Assembly (NCBI GenBank): GCA_963812015.1
Contig: CAWETI010000002.1
Span: forward strand, 1,056,001 to 1,120,000
Length of the DNA: 64,000 nt
Source: an uncultured delta proteobacterium
GTDB lineage: Bacteria > Desulfobacterota > Desulfobaccia > Desulfobaccales > 0-14-0-80-60-11
Direction: 5' to 3'
Part shown: piece by piece, positions 43,647 through 54,989 of the stretch
Position numbering within the stretch: position 1 is the first letter of the stretch
Layout of the letters: every line of letters begins with the position of its first letter
Made by a program: the position numbers and the translations under genes
The notes under the pieces: model-generated
What the model saw: only the letters and a program-made list of their open reading frames with translations
Database searches by the model: none
What the model was told of the DNA's origin: nothing

Positions 43647-44282
43647 GTGCGATACCTCCTTGAACAGGAAAATCTAGAAAAAAGATAAGGGCAGCCGCGG
43701 GCCGGCGCAAGGTAAAGACGAAAACGCAGATGATTTTGCCTCTTTAAGGGGGTTATTTCACTACCCCTGTACCGCTTCAGGAAAAACAAGCGGGATATTT
43801 ACTGCTAAGTTGCTGATTTGTAATGGTGATTATCGGCGCCGGAACGGAACGCCACCACGAGGGCGCCGCTGACGAACCGCGGGTGTACCGCGCCGGTGCC
43901 GCTGGAAAAGGCGCGAAAACCGCAGCCGAAAAAATTGTTCCCTACAGTGACGGAGTTCGGTGCGCATGGGTCTCACTTTAAGGGAAGGGAGAAAGATTGC
44001 CAGAACAGGGGCAACGATTGACCGGGTTTATTAAGGCGGCCGCAGGGGAGGTGGAGGCGTCAAAGGCTGCGGATTATTTTTATTCGGGCAGATGCCGACT
44101 CATGAGGATATGCCGATCATATCGGCAACTCTTTGATATTTTAGAGATTTGTTGATAGTGGCAAGATAGCCGCTATTCTTGCACATCTATAATTGAGCGA
44201 AGGGTTGTGAAGGCTTTTACAGTAACTTTTGTATTATATTTAGTAGGGATAGCTTGATTTTCTTGGAGGTGGCGGACAACTT

Positions 44283-44317
44283 CAAGGGGCATTCTGGTTC
44301 AAACAGAATGCCCCTTG
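44283..44317. terminator. Hairpin/terminator-like inverted repeat
   Basis: CAAGGGGCATTCTG/CAGAATGCCCCTTG. Confidence 0.55.
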
Positions 44318-44381
44318 CCGTTATAGCCATCGAAGTGTTAGTCCGGGTCCTCTGTGAAGAGAGTCTGCAAAGAGAGATGGA

Positions 44382-44642
44382 CTAGTGTCCGGCAAATCGG
44401 ATTCCTTCCCGCACCTGGTTGATGGCCTGGTCGATAAACTGAATGGCTCGTTCTCTATGGCCCCCTTTATTCGGGGTCGCTTTTTCCAACGCGACCTTGG
44501 CGGCCTGGAGATGATGCAGAGCATTATCCATGTGTGGTTGATTGCCATACGCCAGGGGGATGGCCGCACCGAGAAACAATCCAACCAGGAGAATAATCAC
44601 GTACGGGTACTTGTTGTTCTTCCGTGGGTGCATCGATTCCAT
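44382..44642 (-). CDS. Small secreted helical protein
   Basis: Signal peptide followed by NQPHMDNAL...KGGHRERAI. Confidence 0.7.
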   Translation of the reverse strand: MESMHPRKNNKYPYVIILLVGLFLGAAIPLAYGNQPHMDNALHHLQAAKVALEKATPNKGGHRERAIQFIDQAINQVREGIRFAGH

Positions 44643-45304
44643 TGGTAATCTCTCCCAAATAGTTTAGTTATTAATCAAAGTTACCACTTTTTCCTTCCGA
44701 GCCCAACAGACATAAAGTAATGAAGCACAAAAATTTCTTAAAATCAATTTTTTTATCCCCCCGGCCAGATTAATGCTGACGCACGACCAAAACCCCGGGG
44801 AAGACGCTGGCGGCGTGGTGCCCGGGAGGAATTAGGGTCAGGGTCTGGGGTTATCGTTATACCTGGGAGCTCTCATGCGTCAATAGAGATATCCTGGAGC
44901 TGGGCCTGTCGATCCCCTATTTCGATATGTGGATCATATTGCTAATTTTTTGAAGTTTTTGGAAAGTTTTGGTTTTGGCAAGGTATATGGCACCTAGCGA
45001 AGTGCACAAGTTCTTCAAAATAGCTATTGTGATGGGAGGCTCATGAAGGGATCTGTGAGGGCGTGGGAGTGAGATTCCTCCGGTCTAGCCGGCGTCGTCC
45101 CGATATTAGTGGAGAAGCCCAAACTGAATACTTGACTATACTTTTTTGCAACCTAACTTTAACGTATCTATCACCTCATCCCTGGGAAAAAGGGGGAGGT
45201 GGCCCGGCAATTTAATTCTCCCATTGGCGAGGAGTATCGCTCTTGGCAACTACAACCTCTTTCCTGGCTATAAATACTTGGTCGCCGATTAACGAGGAGG
45301 CAGA

Positions 45305-46159
45305 ATGAGCAAACGAATCTTGGCAGGACTGGTTTGTTTGGCGTTTTGGGCACTGACGGGTAGCGCCCTGTCCCAGGAGCAACAGCAAAAGCCGCAGGCC
45401 CCACCGCCGGCAGCCCCTCAGGCCGAAAAGGCGCCGGCGCCGGCACCGGCACCTGATCCCCTCCAAATTGCCCAAAAGATGTGCGATTTCCTTAAATCTC
45501 AACAGCAATTTACTTACAAAGCCGAGGTCGCCGTCGACGAGGTGTATTACGGCAGCAAAAAAATTCAGTATGAGACTGGCCTGGAATTCTTTGTGAAGCG
45601 GCCCGACCAGCTCAGGGTCAATGCCGTGGGCGACCGGGTCGACAAGCAGTTCTACATCGACGGCAAGACCATCACCCTGTACGACAAAGACCATAACGTC
45701 TACGGCACCCTGGAGGTCCCTCCCGATCTCGAAAGCGCCCTGGAAAAGGCCCATAAGGAATTTGGGATCCGGGTTTCCTTGAGCGACCTGGCCAGCCCTG
45801 ATCTTTGGGAATTAATGGAAAAACACATCAAACACTCCCTTTATGTGGGCAAGTCCAGGATCCGCGGGGTTCTCTGCCACCACCTGTCCTTCGATGGGGA
45901 AAATGTCCAGTTCCAGCAGTGGATCGATGCCGGGGAACAACCCCTCCTCCGAAAGATCGTGATCACCTATAAGAAATTGCCCGATTCTCCCCAATGGACC
46001 GCGTACATCAGCGACTGGAATTTCTCCCCCCAGCTTAATGCCAACCTGTTTGCCTTTACTCCCCCTCCGGGGGCCGAAAAGATCAAGTTTGTCCCGGTTG
46101 CGCCCAGCCAGGCCCCGAAACCGGAACCAGGGATGAAAAAGGAAGGAGGCAAATCATGA
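45305..46159 (+). CDS. DUF2092-like periplasmic protein (LolA-like fold inferred)
   Basis: SD GAGGAGG, signal peptide, RPDQLR, DGKTITLYD, CHHLSF, FAFTPPPGA. Confidence 0.75.
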   Translation: MSKRILAGLVCLAFWALTGSALSQEQQQKPQAPPPAAPQAEKAPAPAPAPDPLQIAQKMCDFLKSQQQFTYKAEVAVDEVYYGSKKIQYETGLEFFVKRPDQLRVNAVGDRVDKQFYIDGKTITLYDKDHNVYGTLEVPPDLESALEKAHKEFGIRVSLSDLASPDLWELMEKHIKHSLYVGKSRIRGVLCHHLSFDGENVQFQQWIDAGEQPLLRKIVITYKKLPDSPQWTAYISDWNFSPQLNANLFAFTPPPGAEKIKFVPVAPSQAPKPEPGMKKEGGKS

Positions 46160-46725
46160 AGCTGAGAAAACTCAGGTCTCCTATTTGGAGCCTTTTCGCA
46201 GTGGCGTTAGTATTGACTTTGCCCTTTGTGAGCTCGGCGGCTGGGCCAAAGGGGGGAGGCGGCGGAGGCGGGCATCCCGCGGGCGGTGGTCATGCCGCCG
46301 CCGCCCCTCATGGCGGCGGTTTTAGCGGCGGCAGCTTCCGCCCGGCGCCGGCCCCCCGCGCAGTGCCAGCCCCCCGGGGCGGCGCAGTGGCGAGAGGACC
46401 CCGGGGAGGTACGGCCGTCCGAGGCCCCTCTGGCGGCGCGGCTGTTAAAGGATCCCGTGGAGCCTACGGTGGCGGCTATCCTGGTGGAGGTTATGGCGAG
46501 GCCTGGGCCCCCTATTATGGTCCGGAGTATGGCGGGGGAGGGGGACTCGCCGCCGCGATTATCGCCGCTTTGGCGATTGGCACAATTCTGGAGGCTTTGC
46601 CCTCCGGGGCCTCCCCCCAGGTATATGGGGGTCAGACCTACTACTATGACGGCAGCAACTATTATCAGGCCTGCTATCAGGGTACTGACCTTAATTACTG
46701 CGTGGTCCCGCCTCCCGGCGGGTGA
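46156..46725 (+). CDS. Secreted Gly-rich protein
   Basis: Overlaps the upstream stop. Signal peptide, (A/V)RGP repeats, C-terminal YYY..C..C. Confidence 0.7.
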   Translation: MKLRKLRSPIWSLFAVALVLTLPFVSSAAGPKGGGGGGGHPAGGGHAAAAPHGGGFSGGSFRPAPAPRAVPAPRGGAVARGPRGGTAVRGPSGGAAVKGSRGAYGGGYPGGGYGEAWAPYYGPEYGGGGGLAAAIIAALAIGTILEALPSGASPQVYGGQTYYYDGSNYYQACYQGTDLNYCVVPPPGG

Positions 46726-46856
46726 GACTCTTGAGGATAAAGCGGACCGGGAAGGCTAAGCGCTCACTTTATTCGGTTTTGGTGCTGGCCCTGGGCCTGT
46801 TATTGGCCTGGGGCCAGGATCATGGGTTTGACACCACTGAGAATGAGGAATCAGAA

Positions 46857-46950
46857 TGGCCTGCCCCCCAAAACTGATCCACAAGTTATGTTAGAGTGGG
46901 GTACCGATGGAGATGAAACAAAAGAGGTTTACCAGGGGAGAGATCATGGA
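46857..46950 (+). mobile_element. IS3-family left-end remnant
   Basis: TGGCCTGCCCCCC..TGATCCA IR-like end, then GGAG-ATG MKQKRFTRGEIM (OrfA-like start), then lost. Confidence 0.5.
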
Positions 46951-47451
46951 AAGGCGCGCTAAACCATTGTGGCGATAACTGCTATTAATGCGCTCATCAA
47001 GAGGGTCTGGAAGTATTTCACTATCCAGATCATAGCTGCAACTTTTCCGGGAGGGGATAATTGCCTGGTTTGGCAAGATATTCGCTTATCCTGGCTTTTC
47101 TCTGAAAATAGCAAAATACCCGCTCCACCAACTAAATAGGCTGAGAGCGGAGTCGATGCCTCCATGCGACGTAATAGGTTCATTTCTCCTCGCCTTTCTT
47201 TTCTCATCATTATCGGCCGGTGCTATTCTGGGTTATGGGGCTGGAAATCATATCTGGACTAATTTTCTCTAGCGTCTAAAACCCGCAAGGAGAGATTTTG
47301 GGAAAGTTTCCTGATATCATGTTCCTCACAACTGGGGTTACTTTCGCAAGGAGGATGGTTGCGAAGTTCGAAAAATAGTTCAGATCACCTAAGTTAAGGT
47401 AGCCATCGCCTGGTTGCCGCCGACTGTCGGTTAGTGAGGAGTTTTAAAGCT

Positions 47452-49074
47452 ATGCGGGCTTTGTTGGTATGTCCCGAGTTTCCCCTGTCCTTCTTCAGTT
47501 TCCGAAATGCTGTGCGGGTCCAGGGGGCGAAAAGTTCTTTTCCACCTTTGGGGCTGCTGACGGTGGCAGCCTTGCTGCCCACTGAATGGGAACTGCGTCT
47601 GGCCGATCTCAACACCAGCAGGCTGACGGAGCAAGATTGGCAGTGGGCCGATCTGATTATGCTATCGTCTATGTTCATTCAGCGGGAAGGCTTGTTAGCC
47701 CTGATACAAGAAGCCAAACGCCGGGGCAAGACCGTGGTCGCCGGAGGGCCTTACCCCACTTCGCTTCCTGAGGAAGCCCTGGCGGCAGGCTGTGATTTCG
47801 TGGTGCGGGGCGAGGGCGAGAATACGATTCCCTTGCTTCTGGCGGCGATGCGCGACGGCAAGACCGGGGTGATCGAAAACTCCGAAAAACCGGACCTGAC
47901 TGCTTCAGCGATCCCGCGCTTTGATTTGCTGCGATTGCACGATTACGCAGGCTTATCAATTCAGACTTCCCGGGGATGCCCGTTTGACTGCGAATTTTGC
48001 GATGTGGTGAATCTTTTCGGACGCATACCCCGTTACAAGACCCCCAAGCAGGTCATCGCAGAATTGGAGACCCTCTACCGGCTGGGGGCCTCCGGAGAAG
48101 TGTTCATTTGCGATGACAACTTCATCGGGGACAAGAAGCATGCCCGGGCCATCCTGCAAGAACTCACCTCCTGGATGAAGAGTCGAGGCGCCCCCTTCAC
48201 CTTTGTGACGGAAGTATCGGTGAATCTGGGGCAGGATTTGGCTCTGGTGGATCGCATGACCGCAAACAACCTGGGGCGAGTCGTTATCGGGATCGAGTCT
48301 CCGGATGAAAAGGTGCTCGAAACCAGCCGTAAATATCACAATATTAAGAATCCTCTGGTAGAATCGGTCAACAACCTCAAGAAGAATGGGATGACGGTGA
48401 TGGGCAGCTTCATCCTCGGGCTTGACGGGGAAACGGCAGGGGCCGGCAGGCGAATCTGCTTTTTCATCGAACAGGCTGACATCCCAATAAATATGCTGGG
48501 GCTCTTGCAGGCCCCGGCGCATACCCGCCTGTGGCAACGCCTGGAACGGGAAGGGCGGCTGCGGCGGGATATCGGTCACGACGGGGGCACCTTCTCGCCG
48601 CTGAATTACGACCCGGATCGACCGGAAGCCGAGATCATGCAGGAGTACATCGATGCCTGGGATTATCTTTATGAGCCGTCCCGTTATCTGGCCAGGACCT
48701 ATCGCTACTACCTGGCCATGCGGCCCACGCGCCTGGCCATGGCTATCGCCAAAGGGGCCCCCCGGCCACCCGACAGCCTCCCCGCCTACAAGAAGACTTG
48801 GCGCACTAGTTTCTATGAAATCCGGGCCTTGCTGATGATCCTGTGGCGGCAAGGGATACGTCCATCGTACCGGCGCCAGTTTTGGACCCAGTTGATCGGC
48901 ATGTGGAAACAAAACCCTAGCCGCTTGGTCAATTATCTGACGGACTGCAGCACGGGCGAGGACTTCTTCATCCTGAGAAAAATTGTGCGGGAAAAAATTA
49001 CCGCGATCATGATGCAGCGGGGCCTCGAGGTTACCAGGGGAACTCAGCGCCGGGGGGCGTCTTCGGGAATTTGA
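47452..49074 (+). CDS. B12-binding radical SAM protein (HpnP/DUF4070-like)
   Basis: PPLGLLTVAA, VAGGPY, GEGE, RGCPFDCEFC, DDNFIG, GIES. Confidence 0.85.
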   Translation: MRALLVCPEFPLSFFSFRNAVRVQGAKSSFPPLGLLTVAALLPTEWELRLADLNTSRLTEQDWQWADLIMLSSMFIQREGLLALIQEAKRRGKTVVAGGPYPTSLPEEALAAGCDFVVRGEGENTIPLLLAAMRDGKTGVIENSEKPDLTASAIPRFDLLRLHDYAGLSIQTSRGCPFDCEFCDVVNLFGRIPRYKTPKQVIAELETLYRLGASGEVFICDDNFIGDKKHARAILQELTSWMKSRGAPFTFVTEVSVNLGQDLALVDRMTANNLGRVVIGIESPDEKVLETSRKYHNIKNPLVESVNNLKKNGMTVMGSFILGLDGETAGAGRRICFFIEQADIPINMLGLLQAPAHTRLWQRLEREGRLRRDIGHDGGTFSPLNYDPDRPEAEIMQEYIDAWDYLYEPSRYLARTYRYYLAMRPTRLAMAIAKGAPRPPDSLPAYKKTWRTSFYEIRALLMILWRQGIRPSYRRQFWTQLIGMWKQNPSRLVNYLTDCSTGEDFFILRKIVREKITAIMMQRGLEVTRGTQRRGASSGI

Positions 49075-50685
49075 TCGCCGGGCCGCTCTATGATGGGAAG
49101 AGTGGCCGGTGATAGAGCAAGGAAAATCGGCTAAGCATTTCTACGACTATCTGCTATGTATACGCCCTTTTGGGTACTCCCAAAACGCTTTGATACTTTA
49201 TCCATATGTGCTCTCTGTTGGCTGGCCCCGCCGTCGTTTTTCGGCTGCCGTTGTCCCTACGACCGTGGGGGTAAAGTTTCCACGGTTATCGCGCCCAGAG
49301 CGCAGGCGTACCATCAGGGTCAACGGTCCTGGAGGGTAGGTTCGTCTCCCTCGGCCCGTCGCGGCCATGTGGGGACCGCCGCCGCCTGCACCGATGGCCC
49401 GGTCACCCATCGACTCCGAATCCCCGACCCAACCCGGCAGGGCGTGTTCACGACCTGTCTAAAGGCCAGGCTGAGGCGATGAGAGCCCGCCCTTGAGATG
49501 ATCACCCGCCCCCTGGCCGGGTTGCACCACCTTCCCCTTGGTCGGTAAGTTTCGACGACGCGGGGGCCGTGTCCTGGCCTTATTGATGCCAACCCAGCAC
49601 CCCGTCACCTGGAGCTCTGCTGTACCCAGCCCCCGGCCCCTACGCCCAGCACCCCACGTCCACACACCCACGCATGGAGCGCCTCCCCCGCTCCCCAGCA
49701 CCCTGCCGCTTCGCCACGGCCAGCCTCGCTACGGGGGGGGGCCGCAGGCCAGCCGCCGCCCGCCGCGCCCCGCTCCTCCCCCCGGTCCTTGCCTGAAGGA
49801 TTCCCGGCCCGGAAACCCAATGTCGGGGACTCACGGTACCCCCCCTGCATTTCAAAGGTGGTACGGAAATTTTTTCAACAATATAGCTGGTTAATGATTA
49901 AACAAGGGTGAAGGTCACAAGGCAGATTTCATGTGGTTGTGGTGGAGAATTTTTTCATCTGCGATGATCCACCCTGTGGTGGCCCCCCCCTTTATGGGAC
50001 TCATGGCAAAAAATTTTTACGCAAAAATCCGGCCGGGGTACATGGTCATTAAGATGCGATTTCTGGCCCTACATGAGGTACCCCTACCCAAACTTGGCCA
50101 CCCCTAATCGTAGCTTCCTGGCCCCCAGGATGGCCGTCAGCCCCGTGCTCATCAACTTCTTTTCATGGGCCGGGGAAGGCTTTTGGGCTGGCCGGGGAAT
50201 AGATGATCTGGCGCAACATTCCAACAGGCCGCGGCTTTTCACCGAGAAATTATCCATAATGAATTTGGAGGTAACCCAAGAGTTCCTGGCGGGATCAACA
50301 TGCAGCTATCGGAAGAATATCAAAACATTTTTATTTGGTATGGAGTAGCGGAAATATAGCAGTTAGCGACACCTCGTATGGTTGCGCAAGGACAAAGGAG
50401 ACTCCAGAATTTCCTATGCCTACATTATCCGAGAGGCTTTTTCCTCCAGAAAGTAATCTGTAAAGAGATATTACATACTGTAATTTTATCTGACATATTT
50501 TTAGATGGTATAAAATTGGTATCCATAACTCATTGATATCTAAATGGGTTTCAATTAATATAAAAATGCTGGTTAGGCGCAGTTTATGCATAATAACCCA
50601 CCTATATGTTAACCAGTGCATTTTTTGGTATAGTCAGGACCTCTGCCCAACCTACTGAAACAAGAACCACTAGGACTAAGCTGAA

Positions 50686-52116
50686 ATGCACCATCTGGAA
50701 AACCGCGCCAAGAAATTCGATAACGCCATGGCCTACGCCACCTTGATTTGTCGCCGCTTCTTTAACGCCTTTTTCGTTCTCCTGCTCCTGGCCGGGATGG
50801 CAGTCGCGGACCAGCCCACACCTGACGCCAACCCATTAACCCATACGATCACCACCAACCCCCAGGTAAACCCCTTTCTCAATGGGTGGGGGAAACTGGG
50901 ACTCTTGCTGGGACTGAGCGAGGAGTCCGGAATACGTCTGGGCGGCATTTTTATTCCCCAGCTCAACTGGACGGTCTCCGGCGGGGTCAGGCCGCACTCG
51001 GTGTTCGGCGGTTTGCTGCTGGGACTTAATCTGGGGGTTGACATGCAAAAGGCCCTCAGTATTCCCGGTGGCACCTTCGGCATCGAATTCCTAGAATACA
51101 CCGGGGGTTCGACCAACCCTGCGGCCGGTTCCGTCCAGCAATATGATGGCTTGAACGGGCCGTCGCCCCGAGCTCGCCAGGAGCTTATGCAATTGTGGTG
51201 GCACCAGCGCTTGTTTGATGACAAGTTGATCTTCCAATTTGGCAAGATGAACGCCGCGGGCAGCTTTGGTGCAGTTCTGGCGCCAGTCGCGATCAGCGAC
51301 CCCAAGCTTCAGGATATCGACATCAGCGTCCTCCTGTGGTCGCCGTCGGGCATCAACCCGACCATGTTTGGCAGGCTGCCGATTTATCCCAACACGGCTT
51401 ACGGGGCAGCGGTGCATTTTGCCCCCACCAAGAACCTATATGCTTCCTACGGAATTTTCGATGGCAACGCCGCGCAAGGCAAACAGACTGGGGTGATATT
51501 GGGACCGCGCATCAACAGCTACAAATTCAATGTTGGCGAGTTAGGGGTTACCTGGCTCCTCGGCGCAGAGGACAAGCCCGGCAGGTTCGGGATTGGGGGC
51601 TGGGTGCAAACCGGGGAGCTTTTAACGACCTATCTCACCAAGCAAAACGGCGCTACGGGCTATTATCTGTTTGCTAATCAGCGACTCTGGTACCGACATC
51701 CGGACAGCGACAACTCCGGACTCGTTGGCTTCCTGCAATTCGGCCACACCAGTGACAATGCGGCTATGGCCAATACTTATTTTGGTGCCGGTCTGACCGG
51801 CGTTGGCTTGGTGCCCGTACTGCCCAACAATAGGATAAGCATCGGTATGGCGTGGTCTCAACTGAACGACTCGCCTTTTGCGGGTGCCTTCTTCTTTCCC
51901 AGCGTGCCGTCGGATTCAACCAGACTAAGAGCGAGCGAATTAATGCTTCAGGTCGCCCTTCAGACGACATTCGTCTTCCCGCTGCCAAAGGGTTTCTGGA
52001 CCCCCACTGCGCCCCTCACTGCGGTGGCCGCTTACACCTGTATCCCCACCCCGGGGGAGCGTCCGGACCTCCCTGCGGCCCACATGCTGACGGTTCGACT
52101 TGTCTCAATGTTCTAA
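50686..52116 (+). CDS. Carbohydrate-selective porin (OprB family)
   Basis: ELMQLWWHQRLFDDKL, FGK, YGIFDG, C-terminal Phe. Confidence 0.75.
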   Translation: MHHLENRAKKFDNAMAYATLICRRFFNAFFVLLLLAGMAVADQPTPDANPLTHTITTNPQVNPFLNGWGKLGLLLGLSEESGIRLGGIFIPQLNWTVSGGVRPHSVFGGLLLGLNLGVDMQKALSIPGGTFGIEFLEYTGGSTNPAAGSVQQYDGLNGPSPRARQELMQLWWHQRLFDDKLIFQFGKMNAAGSFGAVLAPVAISDPKLQDIDISVLLWSPSGINPTMFGRLPIYPNTAYGAAVHFAPTKNLYASYGIFDGNAAQGKQTGVILGPRINSYKFNVGELGVTWLLGAEDKPGRFGIGGWVQTGELLTTYLTKQNGATGYYLFANQRLWYRHPDSDNSGLVGFLQFGHTSDNAAMANTYFGAGLTGVGLVPVLPNNRISIGMAWSQLNDSPFAGAFFFPSVPSDSTRLRASELMLQVALQTTFVFPLPKGFWTPTAPLTAVAAYTCIPTPGERPDLPAAHMLTVRLVSMF

Positions 52117-52529
52117 CGAGGCTTCTGTTCAGACCATCGAGGGGGTGCTGTTACCTTGGCGTTGCTGCCTGAATCAATCGAAAGAGGAATTTGTGCCCCC
52201 TTCCGGGACAAGGGCGGGCTGCCAATTTCCTGAGCAAAAGTCACTTTTGCCGGGCCGGTTCTCGCATAATGGTCGCGGCAGGGAAGGGAAGATCGTTACA
52301 TTTTGTCAAAAATGCTGACAGTGATGATAGTAAGAGAGGGTGAGTAAAACTGCTCGTTTCGGTTTCCGCCAGGCGTCAATTTTCTGGGGCCGAGTCGCAA
52401 AGGCCTCTGGCCCAAGAGTTGGCGCGGCCATTGGTCAGCTGTGGCAGTTTCCGACCGGACAATTCGTGTGGCCATGCAGCACTGGTTGCCTGACTGTACC
52501 ATCCTATATCTTTTTCGCAGGAGGGTAAA

Positions 52530-54932
52530 ATGAGCGCGAAGCACGAAGAGGTTTCAAAAGGCGCGGTGGTTGATTCACCACTGGGGCAGAAAAAGATCGA
52601 TTCCGAGGGAGCACCAATCTCCGGGGTCAGGATGGAAGTCTCCAGGGCCTACGCCGGAATCCCCGGGTTGCTCCAGAAGGTGATTAAAGACAACGATGCG
52701 GCCGCCTGGAGGGAGATAACCAATAAGATCGATTATATCTATGACAACCTCAATTATTCCTTAGCGGGCCTGGATAGGGAGACCGGCTTTGCCGGCGAGG
52801 TGCAATCGCAGATCAGATCAGGCAAAAAACTGTTATTCAAGCCCAACCTGGTATGTCCGTCGGTCATAGACCCTGTGACCCATGGCGAAGGCGAGGGTGC
52901 TCCTATTTGTACGGAATGGCCTTTGATAGCTGCCTTGATGAGGTGGTTTCACGACAAGCTTGACCTGAGTTATTATCAGATGGCACTGGGAGAGGCTGCA
53001 AGCGCTACATTCACCCTGGCATGCATGTACAGTGAAGCCATAGGAAAGGCCATAACCACAGAGGCAATCATAGAGGGACGCAGCGGAGATTTCTATGGCG
53101 GCTGGGGGTTTTATTTTGTTCGCAGGTACCTGTCAGAGCGCCATCCTGTCTCCCATACCGACGATCCCATGAGGGGCCACGAAGACAGCGTGGCCGGAGG
53201 ATTTCTCCAGCCAGGCCGAGCCGGAGACCGGCTGATGGTCTATGACCTGAACAAGATTCAAGATGAGCCCTCCAAAGGAAGGACTATAGCAGTTCCGGAT
53301 GGGGCTAATTACCAGGAAATCACCCTGCACAAAGCCATCGTGGGTGGTGACCCGGATGACCCTAGCGACCGCAGAGACTATCCAGGCTGCGTCCTGGTAA
53401 ATGTTCCCAAGCTGAAGCTTCATTTACAGGACCTGATTACCAATGCCATCAAAAACCTGGGGATCGGCCTTTATCCGATGCTATGCACCTTTGGGGATGA
53501 TAAAAGTGGTGCCTCATGGAAATATTGTTGTCCTTCCAAAGCCTTGCCACTCTACAAAGCCACACTGCCGCATATGCCCTGGGTTCTCAAGATGGATGCG
53601 GCTACCAATTTGCCGGTGAAAGATGAGAAGGGGGAATATATTGCTACCAAGACCGCAGGCATGCCGGGAACTCAGGCCGACGCCATCAGGGCGGTGCAGG
53701 GCCAGAATGTGTTCATGGTACACGTGGTGGACGCGCTAGAGATGATAAATCACAGCCATAATCCGGATGGCAAAGCCGTGAGAGTTCCTGAAGGCTATGT
53801 TTGGTCATCTCTGGACTGTGTGGCCTTGGACCTTTCCTGTGCCAGGTACTGTTTTAAGACTGTCCCCATGCGGGAAGCCCTGCAACTGAAGGAGGAGAAT
53901 GGCTGGCCCACCGAGTTTGTCCATCAGGTACCTGTGGCCAGGGTGGATGGGGCCAATATAGTAACCGGGGAAGGGCTCGATTCGCCGCTCTTCAGATATA
54001 ACCTATACCGGTATGCTGAAAAGAGAGGTGTGGGGCAACAGAGGTACTATATCGTGGGCTGGGACAGCCTGACAGAAACGCCTTTGGCTTCTCTGGGGGG
54101 GCATCTGGGCAGGATAGATAACGGGCAATTCCTCGAGCTGACAACGAAGACCATGTACTTTAATCTTAGCTGCCTGCTCTGGGATTTGCAAAAGACCCTC
54201 TTGAGCTATGCCAAAGCCCACGATGACTTGACCGGCTCCACGCTTTTCAAGGAATTCATGGACACCTTTGACGAGAATAATGACGGTATAATCGATTACG
54301 ACGAGATGGGGCGGAAAGGGTTCTGGATGACAACCCCCTACCTATCAGTTCGTGGTACTGATCTTGGGTTAGGCGAAAAATATGGTCCGTTAAAAGGGAA
54401 CTTCTATGGAAATGCCAACCGGATGAAAGCGGTCAATAAAAATTGGAATCCACAAGGCCATGACTTCGCGGAAGAGTTTTTGCTTGAGTTTATTGGGGAA
54501 GTGGCCTTTGCCTTGTCTCAATCTGAAGAGCCGATTGCAGACCTCTTTATCCCGGGAATGATCTTTGGCCAGGGCAGGTGGCCAAGCTGGCAGACAGCCA
54601 CCTATATTTTCTTTACCCGTTGTATCTATGGTTCTAACTCGCCTAACAGTCTCAGCCCCCAAACACTTTACGGTCTGGCATTCCAATATGCAGACAAGGC
54701 TCTCAACGGAGGTTCTTATACCGGCAGCAAAAATGCAATGGCATGCGATCCAAATTCTTTGCAAAACTATTTAAGGGCTGTATCTGAGGGGGCAGGTCCT
54801 CTGAACTTCATCCTCTATGTCCCCGCGGGCTATGGAAGCCTGGAGAAGGTCAAGATCCCTAATGTGGAGGAGACGGAAGACCCGAATAAGATCTTCACGG
54901 TTCATTTTAACGGCGGACAGGAGGTCTGGTGA
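52530..54932 (+). CDS. Large DUF362-domain protein with EF-hand-like loop
   Basis: FKPNLV, NVPKLKLH, TNAIKNLG, SLDCVALD, DENNDGIIDYDE. Confidence 0.75.
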   Translation: MSAKHEEVSKGAVVDSPLGQKKIDSEGAPISGVRMEVSRAYAGIPGLLQKVIKDNDAAAWREITNKIDYIYDNLNYSLAGLDRETGFAGEVQSQIRSGKKLLFKPNLVCPSVIDPVTHGEGEGAPICTEWPLIAALMRWFHDKLDLSYYQMALGEAASATFTLACMYSEAIGKAITTEAIIEGRSGDFYGGWGFYFVRRYLSERHPVSHTDDPMRGHEDSVAGGFLQPGRAGDRLMVYDLNKIQDEPSKGRTIAVPDGANYQEITLHKAIVGGDPDDPSDRRDYPGCVLVNVPKLKLHLQDLITNAIKNLGIGLYPMLCTFGDDKSGASWKYCCPSKALPLYKATLPHMPWVLKMDAATNLPVKDEKGEYIATKTAGMPGTQADAIRAVQGQNVFMVHVVDALEMINHSHNPDGKAVRVPEGYVWSSLDCVALDLSCARYCFKTVPMREALQLKEENGWPTEFVHQVPVARVDGANIVTGEGLDSPLFRYNLYRYAEKRGVGQQRYYIVGWDSLTETPLASLGGHLGRIDNGQFLELTTKTMYFNLSCLLWDLQKTLLSYAKAHDDLTGSTLFKEFMDTFDENNDGIIDYDEMGRKGFWMTTPYLSVRGTDLGLGEKYGPLKGNFYGNANRMKAVNKNWNPQGHDFAEEFLLEFIGEVAFALSQSEEPIADLFIPGMIFGQGRWPSWQTATYIFFTRCIYGSNSPNSLSPQTLYGLAFQYADKALNGGSYTGSKNAMACDPNSLQNYLRAVSEGAGPLNFILYVPAGYGSLEKVKIPNVEETEDPNKIFTVHFNGGQEVW

Positions 54933-54989
54933 CGAAGCCGTCATCAGGCTGGTTTTAAAAAAACCCCAACAAAAATTAAGAGGTTGACC

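Noticed and set aside
43800..43960. Possible att site or tRNA fragment at the start of the accessory region
   Set aside because: No cloverleaf, tRNA 3' end or matching direct repeat is visible within the window.
49109..50621. Short ORFs in the track across 49.1-50.6 kb and 62.1-63.0 kb
   Set aside because: They are low-complexity Pro/Gly/Arg translations without SD or motifs, so I treated them as non-coding.
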